From Macrostomum hystrix (taxonomy: Eukaryota; Animalia; Platyhelminthes), in contig CATNEN010000038.1 of the NCBI GenBank assembly GCA_950097015.1, positions 34,782,001 through 34,846,000 on the forward strand: a DNA stretch of 64,000 nucleotides. Reading direction: 5' to 3'. Below are positions 25,701-37,405 of this stretch, piece after piece (the stretch's first letter is position 1; each line of letters opens with the position of its first letter). Both the position numbers and the translations under genes were made by a program. Below the pieces are notes generated by a model. It searched no databases, was not told the origin of the DNA, and saw only the letters and a list, made by a program, of their open reading frames with translations.

Positions 25701-26062
25701 CCATTATCTGACGCTGCCAATCCGTCATTTGACGATGCTTACATCTTTGGCGAGATTGTCCGCCTGCTGGTGAAGCACGAGAAGTTTGATGACGCCAGAC
25801 TGCCGGAGTACATGATCAAGTGGGGCCGCGTCATGGGACTGCGTGAGCTTCTCGATTCTTGGAGCCAACTTTGAGTCGTTTGCATAAATCTTATTGCTTG
25901 AAATACCGCACTCAAATTGCAGCCATACTGGACAAGTACATCGCCACGCTGGAGGCCAAGATGAAGACGAGCATCTGTAAGCAGGTCTACGCTGGCGTCA
26001 ACGGTCGCTCCGTGGACGACCTGGAGATGCAGGCCTTCTTCAAGGCCAGATGCTGGGACTGA
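19739..26062 (+). CDS. Uncharacterised ~1121-aa protein: 2x cadherin-like beta-sandwich, U-box-like segment, TPR-like helical repeats, RGG tract; exons 19739-19900, 19996-20209, 20628-20797, 20897-21464, 23056-23420, 23909-24135, 24236-25155, 25243-25842, 25923-26062
   Basis: All eight introns are GT-AG with matching phases (0,1,0,1,0,2,1,1); the 3366-nt total is stop-free. Repeated L.PAFN....SY...V(T/R)(A/S)(E/A)DG...Y.(I/L).(V/I)HR modules; WEDPISLSLLHQPVSL...LYSARLL...DPLDGSEL; TPR-like ALDKYRDALSLADSNGELHCHVGRLLVARGEYGEAIRRLESALSWQPNSPTARLYLG. Confidence 0.85.
20272..20492. mobile_element. Small MITE-like inverted-repeat element in intron 2
   Basis: GTCCAGCGACGTCCGCTGGCAAATGGGAACTTTCAGATTGC (20281-20321) is nearly the reverse complement of GCAATCTAAAAGTTCCCATTTGCCATCGACGTCGCAGGAC (~20437-20477). 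Confidence 0.6.
21586..22742 (-). mobile_element. 5'-truncated non-LTR retrotransposon (RNase H + C-terminal CCHC; I/R1/LOA-group-like), frameshifted, 13-bp TSD
   Basis: RNase H motifs CYTDGS, TVFQNEILAI, IHSDSQAAL, WIPGHAGFPGNELADTLAK; LTGHG and CPFC...EDAEHFVCHCP; A-rich tail; TSD AAGTTTGGCACAG at 21573-21585 and 22743-22755; frameshift near 22420. Confidence 0.92.
23550..23872 (-). mobile_element. SINE family A copy in intron 5 of the TPR gene
   Basis: Reverse-complement match to 13447-13790. Confidence 0.88.
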
Positions 26063-26844
26063 TGCGGTGACTGTTGAGGCACTTCTAGATAAAAAGCCTA
26101 CTTTTTTCTCGAAGACTTCTAAAATTTTCTGCAACTCGAAACAAAGAGTTTTATCTCTCGGTTAGAACTTTTCAAGGCTGTACTTGAATATATGAATCAG
26201 TTAGCAGTATTTTTTCTTTATATTTCTGTGATATCGAATTATGATTGTTTTGAACGTACCAATTTTACAGAAATAGCTAAATCAACTCTCGTTTCTATAT
26301 CTTTTGTTTCCATTGAAAAACGATACTTGTTTCATTTATTTCTACTGTGAGTAGCGCGACGCAAAATTGCGGATTTTTTTACACGGTCGGGAAGAACGGA
26401 GTTCGGGGAAAGGTCGACAACAGAACAAAAATAGCTAACTGTAGTGAGTATCCTACACGCCCCTCCGCTGAGTAGTCACTGTGCTGAGTCACCTGAAAAT
26501 GCACTCACTGATCGTACGGACTTCGCTTCTGAATTGCAGTTCCGACACTTTAATGACTAATTTATTGCCTAGAAACTTTTTGGCCACAAAACATGTAAAA
26601 ATAAGGTTGCAAATTCACTTCCTGCCTATCGCTGAAATGGTTAAAAACAAGCTGTTTATGAGCACGAATCCTCACAAGATAAACTCATTGCTTAATGACT
26701 TGGCGGTCGTAAATATCGAAGTAGTTTTTTTATATCAAGCCTTCAAAATCTCTTCTGTATTTGAAGGATTTTTTAGAATTTATAACTATTGTATCGAAGC
26801 AACCAACTTCACATGAGAACATTTTGAGTCTTTGAGTAATTGAT

Positions 26845-27456
26845 CGAAATCACGGATAAAATCACGGGAGAAATCACAGGAGAAATCACAGAAGAAATCA
26901 CGGTAGAAATCACAGAAGAAATCACGGGAGAAATCACAGAAGAAATCACGGGAGAAATCACAGAAGAAATCACGGGAGAAATCACTGGAGAAATCACACG
27001 AAAAGTCACGGTAGAAATCACAGAAGAAATCACGGTAGAAATCACAGAAGAAATCACGGTAGAAATCACAAAAGAAATCACGGTAGAAATCACAGAAGAA
27101 ATCACGGGAGAAATCACAGGAGAAATCACAGAAGAAATCACGAAAGAAATCACTGGAGAAATCACACGAAAAGTCACGGTAGAAATCACAGAAGAAATCA
27201 CGGTAGAAATCACAGAAGAAATCACGGTAGAAATCACAGAAGAAATCACGGGAGAAATCACAGGAGAAATCACAGAAGAAATCACGAAAGAAATCACTGG
27301 AGAAATCACACGAAAAGTCACGGTAGAAATCACAGAAGAAATCACGGTAGAAATCACAGAAGAAATCACGGTAGAAATCACAGAAGAAATCACGGTAGAA
27401 ATCACAGAAGAAATCACGAAAGAAATCACTGGAGAAATCACACAAAAAATCACGGG
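26845..27456. repeat. 12-bp minisatellite, ~50 copies, with ~120-bp higher-order period
   Basis: Unit AGAAATCAC(AGA/GGG/GGT); the variant ACACGAAAAGTCAC recurs. Confidence 0.95.
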
Positions 27457-27889
27457 ATGTGAAAAATCTGTGAAAAAAAGAGATAAATTATCGATGAGAG
27501 AACCAGTCAGATTCAAGACAATGGCAGATTTTTATTTTCTGTTACAAAAGTGCACTCACATTTCCAACTTGAAAGTACTTATTCAATATGATCTTTTTGC
27601 GCAAATTTGCTCCATATTTTGGTCGAATTTTTCCTCGATTAAGGACCCGGATGTTACAAAAATTTGAGTTACATGTATGAATAGAAGTGCAAAAATACGC
27701 TTGTTAAAACTGTAGCAGGTGAAAAATCTAGATCTTAGCATAAAGGATAAAAATATTCTATTTTTTCATTAGTCACAACCTTCCTCTGCGTATAGCAGAT
27801 GCGACTGCAGCTTTGACACGAATATTGGATGACCTAAAATATAACTTCGAAACTCGTAACATTTTATACTTTTGGTTGGCGAGATCTGG

Positions 27890-29318
27890 GAAAGACACGG
27901 GCGAGATTTTACAAGGACACGGGTGAGATTTTACAAGGACACGGGTGAGATTTTACAAGGACACGGGTGAGATTCGACAAGGACACGGGTGAGATTTAAC
28001 AAGGATACGGGTGAGATTCGACAAGGACACGGGTGAGATTTTACAAGGATACGGGTGAGATTCGACAAGGACACGGGTGAGATTTTACAAGGACACGGGT
28101 GAGATTTGACAAGGATACGGGTGGGATTTGACAAGAACACGGGTGAGATTTGACAAGGATACGGGTGACATTCGACAAGGATACGGGTGAGATTTGACAA
28201 GGACACGGGTGAGATTTTACAAGGACACGGGTGAGATTCGACAAGGACACTGGTGAGATTTTACAAGGATACGGGTGAGATTCGACAAGGACACGGGTGA
28301 GATTTTACAAGGACACGGGTGAGATTCGACAAGGACACGCGTGAGATTCGACAAGGACACGGGTGAGATTTTACAAGGATACGGGTGAGATTCGACAAGG
28401 ACACGGGTGAGATTCGACAAGGATACGGGTGAGATTCGACAAGGATACGGGTGAGATTTGACAAGGATACGGGTGAGATTTTACAAGGATACGGGTGAGA
28501 TTTGACAAGGACACGGGTGAGATTTTACAAGGACACGGGTGAGATTTTACAAGGATACGGGTGAGATTTGACAAGGACACGGCTAAGATTTTACAAGGAT
28601 ACGGGTGAGATTCGACAAGGACACGGGTGAGATTTGACAAGGATACGGGTGGGATTCGACAAGAACACGGGTGAGATTTGACAAGGATACGGGTGAGATT
28701 CGACAAGGATACGGGTGAGATTTGACAAGGATACGGGTGGGATTTGACAAGGATACGGGTGGGATTTGACAAGGATACGGGTGAGATTCGACAAGGATAC
28801 GGGTGAGATTCGACAAGGATACGGGTGAGATTTGACAAGAAAACGGGTGAGATTTGACAAGGATACGGGTGAGATTCGACAAGGATACGGGTGAGATTTT
28901 ACAAGGATACGGGTGAGATTCGACAAGGATACGGTGAGAAAGATTTGAGAAAGACGCGGTGAGAATTGAGAAAGACGCGGTGAGATTTGAGAAAGACGCG
29001 GTGAGAATTGAGAAAGACGCGTTGAGATTTGAGAAAGACGCGGTGAGATTCGACAAGGATACGGGTGAGATTTGACAAGAAAACGGGTGAGATTTGACAA
29101 GGATACGGGTGAGATTCGACAAGGATACGGGTGAGATTTTACAAGGATACGGGTGAGATTCGACAAGGATACGGTGAGAAAGATTTGAGAAAGACGCGGT
29201 GAGAATTGAGAAAGACGCGGTGAGATTTGAGAAAGACGCGGTGAGAATTGAGAAAGACGCGTTGAGATTTGAGAAAGACGCGGTGAGAATTGAGAAAGAT
29301 GCGGTGAGAATTGAGAAA
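27890..29318. repeat. Compound 22-bp / 21-bp minisatellite with a 240-bp duplication
   Basis: ACGGGTGAGATT(T/C)(T/G)ACAAGGA(C/T) interleaved with GAGAAAGACGCGGTGAGA(A/T)TT; 28801-29040 is nearly identical to 29041-29280. Confidence 0.95.
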
Positions 29319-29829
29319 GAATATGTTTAGTAAGTTTTGTGCGTGTTACATAATCACTAACCGCAAGGTACACGAACAACAATGGATTGTATTTCACCAA
29401 ACCCAGACCAATTTATGGTCGACGCAATTTATGGCACCTTTTAGCACGGAGATTATAACAAAAAACAGCGGAATATAGATTTCTAGCAAGTTTATTTCAA
29501 CAGCAAGTTGATGGATGTTATAAAGGCTGTTGCAAATTTAATTGTTAAAAATGACAAAGCTAAAAAGTTAGCCTAAGTTGCATAATCGGCTTAAAGCGAA
29601 TGAAAATTTATGCAAGTCATAAATAAAGGCCCTTAAATTCAAACTTCTGTTCCAGGTAGGAAGGTTAAAAATGCTGCCATGAATTTAGCACGAATGAAAT
29701 TTATTTATATATATACTTTCTGATACTGGGAATTCTTCAGCTGCTTAAATCTGTTGCAGTTTATTTAATAGTTACATAATAAACAACATGATAGATTTAC
29801 GAATAATGTCACAGAGCTGTGAGAGAGAT

Positions 29830-30380
29830 CTGTTAGACAGAACTGTTAGACAGAACTGTTAGACAGAACTGTTAGACAGAACTGTTAGACAGAACTGTTA
29901 GACATGACTGTTAGACATGACTGTTAGACATGACTGTTAGACAGAACTTTAAGTCAGAACTGTTAGACAGGACTGTAAGACAGGACTGAAAGACAGAACT
30001 GTTAGACAGAACCGTCAGTCAGAACTGTTAGACAGAACTGTTAGAAAGGACTGTTAGACAGGACCGTTAGTCAGAACTGTTAGACAGAACTGTTAGTCAG
30101 AACTGTTAGAAAGGACTGTTAGACAGGACCGTTAGTCAGAACTGTTAGACAGAACTGTTAGTCAGAACCGTCAGTCAGAACTGTTAGACAGAACTGTTAG
30201 ACAGAACTGTTGGACAGAACTGTTAGTCAGAACTGTTAGACAGAACTTTTAGACAGAACTGTTAGTCAGGACTGTTAGACAGAACTGTTAGACAGAACTG
30301 TTAGTCAGAACTGTTAGACAGGACTGTTAGACAGGACTGATAGACAGAACTGACAGAACTGTTACACAGAACCCTTACAC
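29830..30380. repeat. 13-bp minisatellite, ~42 copies
   Basis: Unit TGTTAGACAGAAC. Confidence 0.95.
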
Positions 30381-30859
30381 ATAACTTCAAGGACAAAATT
30401 TGACACACCCTGAAGCAAACAATCCTTCAGTTGTAAATTTTCTTTGAACTTTTCGTAGCGAACCAAAAAAGAATACTTGAAGAAATATTAAACGTCAGCA
30501 TACATTTTTTTATTTCTTAAAATCGTGTCAGTCAAAATCTGGATAACATAATTCAAGCAAAAGTTTAGCTGAGCCTAATAAGATGAACTTTTCTGCTGAC
30601 AGAATTAAAATGATTAATGGTTAATGCGCTGGATTAGAAAGTTGTGGATGCATGCTATATAGAATGCAAGCGTGAGAAACAGAAGCAGATTTAGAAAAGT
30701 CGCTCCATGATGCATAACAGACTTCAGGCTGCAAACTTTATCGACTTTCGTGTCAGCTAAAACCGGTATAATATTTTATCTGCTTTTTCTAATGTTGATC
30801 TAGCTCCTTTCGTGATGAAGAAATATTCAATTTCTACATTTCTTCTCCACTAACCTTTC

Positions 30860-31345
30860 CTCTTTCCTCTCCTCTTTCTTCTCCGATTTCTTCTCCCCTT
30901 TCCTCTCCCCCATTTCTTCTCCCCTTTCCTCTCCCCGATTTCTTCTCCCCTTTCCTCTCCCCCATTTCTTCTCCCCTTTCCTCTCCCCCATTTCTTCTCC
31001 CCTTTTCTCTCCCCGATTTCTTCTCCCCTTTCCTCTCCCCGATTTCTTCTCCCCTTTCCTCTCCCCCATTTCTTCTCCCCTCTCCTCTCCCCCATTTCTT
31101 CTCCCCTTTTCTCTCCCCGATTTCTTCTCCCCTTTCCTCTCCCCCATTTCTTCTCCCCTTTCCTCTCCCCCATTTCTTCTCCCCTTTTCTCTCCCCGATT
31201 TCTTCTCCCCTTTCCTCTCCCCGATTTCTTCTCCCCTTTCCTCTACCCGATTTCTTCTCCCCTTTTCTCTCCCCGATTTCTTCTCCCCTTTCCTCTCCCC
31301 GATTTCTTCTCCCCTTTCCTCTCCCCCATTTCTTCTCCTCTTTTC
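30860..31345. repeat. 26-bp pyrimidine-rich minisatellite
   Basis: Unit TTCTCCCCTTTCCTCTCCCC(C/G)ATTTC. Confidence 0.93.
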
Positions 31346-32074
31346 TCTGTTTCTTCTTCCCTTTCCATGCACTCCCTTTTCTCTCCCCTCTCGCTTGTCA
31401 TTCCCTTTACCAGAATACTTACCATTTCTCTCTGCTCTCTCCTTTGTCCAATCTTACCCCGCGGTATCTCAGTTGATGCTCTCAATTCAATTATTTATGA
31501 TTGTCTGAATCGTGTCTCGACACAGATTATAGTTGCATAACTATATCGCGGCATGCAGGCATTAGGCTGTCAAAAAATCGTTAGCCACATGCAGCTGTTT
31601 GTTATCTAAAAACAGAAAACTTGGTTCGATTTCAATTATAAAATCATGTGACCAACAGCAATTCAACCACCATAAATAGTAACAGTAAAGTCATGCATAT
31701 TGTGAATCTCCATCCTAGTCCCATAGTCAACTGTGTGGTGTTAGATTTCCTTTATCCAACTGTCCTAACTATTGGACCGGGTAAGCAAAGTATAACTGTT
31801 TTTTTGTGAGGCTACAGTATAATATAACGAGCAGATTTTAAAAACGACTGCAGCAAGCAAAAAAAGACAATAAAGTTCGCATGCAGTCATAAAAATGGCG
31901 TCTGAAAATCGGTACTTCATAATAACTTACACTTACATAAATATACATATTGAGACTAAATGCGTCTTTGTAAATCGTTAAAGGTGCAAAAGAAAATTTA
32001 ATGGTTCTTAACAATGCCACCAGTGCCGCCTGCCAAGTGGCACTCGGAAAGTTCACATGCTTAGACTTCAGCGT

Positions 32075-34078
32075 AATCATCAATATCATCAATATCATCA
32101 ATATCATCAATATCATCATCAATATCATCAATATCATCAATATCATCAATATCATCAATATCATCAATATCATCAATATCATCAATATCATCAATATCAT
32201 CAATATCATCAATATCATCAATATCATCAATATCATCAATATCATCATCAATATCATCATCAATATCATTATAATCATCATCAATATCATCAATATCATC
32301 ATCAATATCATCATCAATATCATCATCAATATCATCATCAATATCATCAATATCATCAATATCATCACTATCATCATCAATATCATCATCAATATCATTA
32401 TAATCATCATCAATATCATCAATATCATCATCAATATCATCATCAATATCATCATCAATATCATCATCAATATCATCATCAATATCATCATCAATATCAT
32501 CATCAATATCATCATCAATATCATCATCAATATCATCAATATCATCAATATCATCATCAATATCATCATCAATATCATCAATATCATCATCAATATCATC
32601 ATCAATATCATCATCAATATCATCATCAATATCATCATCAATATCATCATCAATATCATCATCAATATCATCATCAATATCATCATCAATATCATCATCA
32701 ATATCATCATCAATATCATCAATATCATCAATATCATCATCAATATCATCATCAATATCATCATCAATATCATCATCAATATCATCAATATCATCAATAT
32801 CATCATCAATATCATCATCAATATCATCAATATCATCATCAATATCATCATCAATATCATCATCAATATCATCATCAATATCATCATCAATATCATCAAT
32901 ATCATCAATATCATCATCAATATCATCATCAATATCATTATAATCATCATCAATATCATCATCAATATCATCATCAATATCATCATCAATATCATCATCA
33001 ATATCTTCATCAATATCATCAATATCATCAATATCATCATCAATATCATCATCAATATCATCAATATCATCAATATCATCATCAATATCATCATCAATAT
33101 CATCAATATCATCAATATCATCAATATCATCAATATCATCATCAATATCATCATCTATATTATCATCAATATCATTATCAATATCATTATCAATATCATC
33201 ATCAATATCATCATCAATATCATCATCAATATCATTATCAATATCATCATCAATATCATCATCAATATCATGAATAGCATCATAATCATCATCAATATCA
33301 TCAATATCATCATCAATATCATGAATAGCATTATAATCATCATCAATATCATCAATATCATCAATATCATCATCAATATCAACAATATCATCATCAATAT
33401 CATTATAATCATCATCAATATCATCATCAATATCATCATCAATATCATCAATATCATCAATATCATCATCAATATCATCATCAATATCATTATAATCATC
33501 ATCAATATCATCAATATCATCATCAATATCATCATCAATATCATCATCAATATCATCATCAATATCATCAATATCATCAATATCATCATCAATATCATCA
33601 TCAATATCATCATCAATATCATCATCAATATCATCAATATCATCAATATCATCATCAATATCATCATCAATATCATCAATATCATCAATATCATCATCAA
33701 TATCATCATCTATATTATCATCAATATCATTATCAATATCATTATCAATATCATCATCAATATCATCATCAATATCATCATCAATATCATTATCAATATC
33801 ATCATCAATATCATCATCAATATCATGAATAGCATCATAATCATCATCAATATCATCAATATCATCATCAATATCATGAATAGCATTATAATCATCATCA
33901 ATATCATCAATATCATCAATATCATCATCAATATCAACAATATCATCATCAATATCATTATAATCATTATCAATATCATCAATATCATCATCAATATCAT
34001 CATCAATATCATCAATATCATCAATATCATCATCAATATCATCATCAATATCATTATAATCATCATCAATATCATCAA
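32075..34078. repeat. 2-kb compound microsatellite (ATC)2-3 AAT
   Basis: 9/12-nt units ATCATCAAT / ATCATCATCAAT; 555-bp internal duplication marked by CTATATT at 33155 and 33710. Confidence 0.97.
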
Positions 34079-34248
34079 GGGCGCAGAGAAAGCTGTTCGA
34101 CGCAACAAGATCGCCTGCTACTCGTGCGGCAAGGAGGGTCATCTCAGCCGGGAATGCCAGAGTCGCGGGAACCGTACTAGACAGAGCTGCTACGTCTGCG
34201 GAAACACCGGCCACGTGACGCTCATTGCCCACAGCGTGTAAATCCACC

Positions 34249-34310
34249 AAAAACGAGTAAGGGAAGCCCAAAATTTCTGCGCAAACGGGCTTCCCTCTGG
34301 ATCTGCGCGC
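34249..34310 (+). promoter_or_regulatory. Putative -1 ribosomal frameshift signal at the gag-pol junction
   Basis: AAAAAC-GAG-TAA followed by the stem AGGGAAGCCC...GGGCTTCCCT; loop GCGCA can pair with downstream TGCGC; the pol frame is -1 relative to AAA AAC GAG TAA. Confidence 0.65.
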
Positions 34311-35416
34311 CTACCGTCGTTGATTGTTAATGTTAACGGTTCTACTGTTGTGGCCCTGGTCGATACTGGTTGCTCCAGGTCTATTGTGTCGCCAAGGACC
34401 TACGGACTACGGAAGACACGCACCACAGAGAGAGTAACCATGATGAATGGAGATGCAGCAGAGTGCGGATGGGAGGCTGATGTACTGTTGACTGTGCGCA
34501 GCAGCCGGGTATCGCTAAGTTGTCTCGTTCTTGAAATTCTACCCGGTTTCGACTTGCTTCTTGTTATGGACGCCATCATGCGATTGGGTGGCGTCAATGT
34601 TAGCGGCGACGGCCGCACCGTTTCTTTTGGTGCATTGAGAGGCCCATCCGGTGTGGAACCGGGGCCCAAAGCAGTCCCGGCGAGAGACTCGGCCTCAGCG
34701 GTGGGTGGCTCAAACAGTGATTCAGCATTGCAAGAGCGCCATCCGGGGTTCGAGCGAACCAAAGATTCGGTACTCAAACCATGTGCGCTACTAAGGGAAG
34801 CCAAGTCGGCTTCTAGTCCATCAGGCGGCGATAACCGCGTGCTGATCGAGGACGTGGACTTCTCTGCTTGCTTCGCAGACGGTAAATGGACGGTTGCATT
34901 GGAGTGGCTCGGAGAAGCTCCAAGCTTATCTAACAGAATAGCGCAGTACAGAGTGCCGCCGGAAGCAACGGAAGATTACGAGGCCGAGATCAGAGAGTGG
35001 ATTGCGTCTGGCTGGCTCGTGCCGTTCGACGGCGAGTGCAACGGTATAATCCCACTGATGGCGGTTGTGCAAGTCAACAAAGCGAAGGTGAGACCTGTAA
35101 TGGACTATCGTGAGTTGAATCAGCACGTATCTAGCCACACTGCTGATAGCGTCGTCTGCGGAGCAAAAATTCGCGATTGAAGGCGACTGGGCGAGAATGC
35201 CAGCGTCATTGACCTGCGAAAGGCCTATCTGCAGTTGAGAGTTGAGCCCTCGCTCTGGCGTTACCATGTGGTGGAGTTCAAAGGCCGCCGCTACTGCCTA
35301 ACGAGACTCGGCTTTGGCCAGAACGTGGCTCCGAGAATCATGACCGCGGTAGTCAACAGAGTGCTCTCTATGGAGGAGGACGTGCGCGCTGGCACCGACT
35401 CGTACATTCTCGTACA

Positions 35417-35643
35417 CTCGTACACTGACGACATTATCGACTCGTATCGACTCGTACACTGACGACATTATCGACTCGTATCGACTCGTACACTGACGAC
35501 ATTATCGACTCGTATCGACTCGTACACTGACGACATTATCGACTCGTATCGACTCGTACACTGACGACATTATCGACTCGTATCGACTCGTACACTGACG
35601 ACATTATCGACTCGTATCGACTCGTACACTGACGACATTATCG
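35417..35643 (+). repeat. 34-bp tandem expansion of the RT YxDD-encoding segment (7 cores)
   Basis: TACACTGACGACATTATCG at 35421, 35455, 35489, 35523, 35557, 35591, 35625. Confidence 0.95.
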
Positions 35644-37405
35644 TGGCCAATGACAATGTCCCGAACGAACGCGTTCTGAATCTCCTATCACGCTTTGGGC
35701 TCGACGCGAAACCGCCTGAAAGTCTCATCGGAGGCCGGGTACTGGGTCTGCGCATCTTCCGCCGCGAAGACGGGGTCGCCTGCTGAAAGCGGGACAATGT
35801 TCTTTCTCACCTCGCAGTTTCTGCGACTCGGCGCCAGCTATTCTCCTGGTGCGGCCAATTGGTGCTACATTTCCCAGTTGCCGGATGGTTGCGCGTCGTC
35901 TGCAGCTACCTCAAGCGCGCCGCCGGAGGAGTCGCCTGAGAAGCCAATGTGAACGAGTCCGTGATGCAGATGGCCCGCGAAATCAGCAGAATGGTTCAAG
36001 AGCGCGATCCAGTGAGCGTCGTGTGGACAGTCGACGACGCCTCAGCCTGCCGCGTCTGGTCCGACGCCAGCAGCATCGCAATCGGCGTATGTTTAGAAGT
36101 AAACGGTGTCATCGCAGAGGACGCATCATGGCTTCGCAAGCCGGACGAAGCCGCCCACATAACCGAAGCCGCCCACCTAGCCGAACTCGAAGCGGTCATC
36201 AAGGGTCTCGATCTAGCCATTGCTTGGGGTTCAAAGAGAGTCCAAATCATGACTGACTCGGCAACTGTGTACGGCTGGATTCGATCACTGATCGCCGGTG
36301 ACAAGCCCGTCAGGGTAAAGGGGCTGGGCGAAGCTTTAGCGAGGAGGCGGCTGGCTTTGATCCGGGACACGGCAGGAGAAGTGGCCTGGAGCTGGATGTG
36401 TCGCTGGTGCCTTCCTCGTTAAACAAGGCAGACGCGCTGACGCGAGTACCACAGCAGTGGCTGCGCCAGCGGCCTTTGCGTGCAGTAGCGCTACACCCTA
36501 TCGACACGGATCTCCGTACGTGCCACGAGAAGCATCACTTCGGCGTGGACAGGACGCTCTACCTGGCCAAACTGTGCCTCCCCGGCTGTGAGGTACTACG
36601 CGAAGAGGTCGAGCGCGTCGTGGCAAACTGCATCCGCTGCAAATCCGTGGACCCTGCGCCGGTGAATTGGGACCATCGAAGTCTCGAGTTGGACGCAAAC
36701 TGGTGGCGTTTGGCCTGCGACGTGACCCACTTCAAGGACGACCGCTATCTGTCGATTGTTGACTGCGGGCCGAGTAGATTCGCACTGTGGCGAAAACTCC
36801 CAGACGAGCGGACAGCTTCGATCATAGGGACACTCGTGCAAGTCTTCCGAGAGAGGGGCCCTCCCTGGCAGCTGCTTCTGGACAACTCGGCGACCTTCCG
36901 CTCTGCCGAGGTGCGTGCATTCTGCATCGGATGATCAAGCGGATGGCATCCAGAACCGGCAAGGATGTGCTGGACATGGTATTCTGGTACAACAGGGCTC
37001 CGAAGGATGGTACTCGGGAGTGCAGCGTGCCCAGCAGAATGCTCAGCACTTACGACTGGAAACCGCCCATGTTGGCTCTCCCCGAGGCCTCTGAGACACC
37101 GGAGTCAAACCCTGCCCTGCCGGTCGGAACGGAAGTGTTCGTCAAGCCGCCGGCCGTCATGTGTACCGACGAGTCGCCAAGGGGGCGTGTGACAGGCCAG
37201 AGACAAGGAGCTACAGTGGAGGTCGATGGATCGCCTTCCCCGTCACATTGCTGGCGTCCGGCCGGCCCCAGGCTCGCAACCACAGCCGCCTGGAGTAGAG
37301 CGAGCCGTTGAGCGGAACGGCGAACCCCGGCGGTCAAGTCGCGAGAGGTCGGCACCAGTCCGCTACGAAGCTTAATCTCTTTTGATCTTGAGATCAGGGG
37401 AGAAA

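Noticed and set aside
4975-26062. Functional cilia/centriole gene cluster (POC1, LC8, TPR protein)
   Set aside because: Interspersed with unrelated genes, and the TPR protein's function is unknown; adjacency alone is not evidence.
26786-31485. Repetitive ORFs (EITEEIT, CDFYRDFF, SLSNLTR, GEERGEE)
   Set aside because: Translations of minisatellites, open on both strands, with no splice or codon support.
32001-34271. 746-aa Ile/Asn ORF fused to zinc knuckles, plus poly-Asp, His/Gln and Met/Ile ORFs
   Set aside because: A triplet-based microsatellite is stop-free in several frames; the in-frame join with gag is a 1-in-3 coincidence and ends in a frameshifted knuckle.
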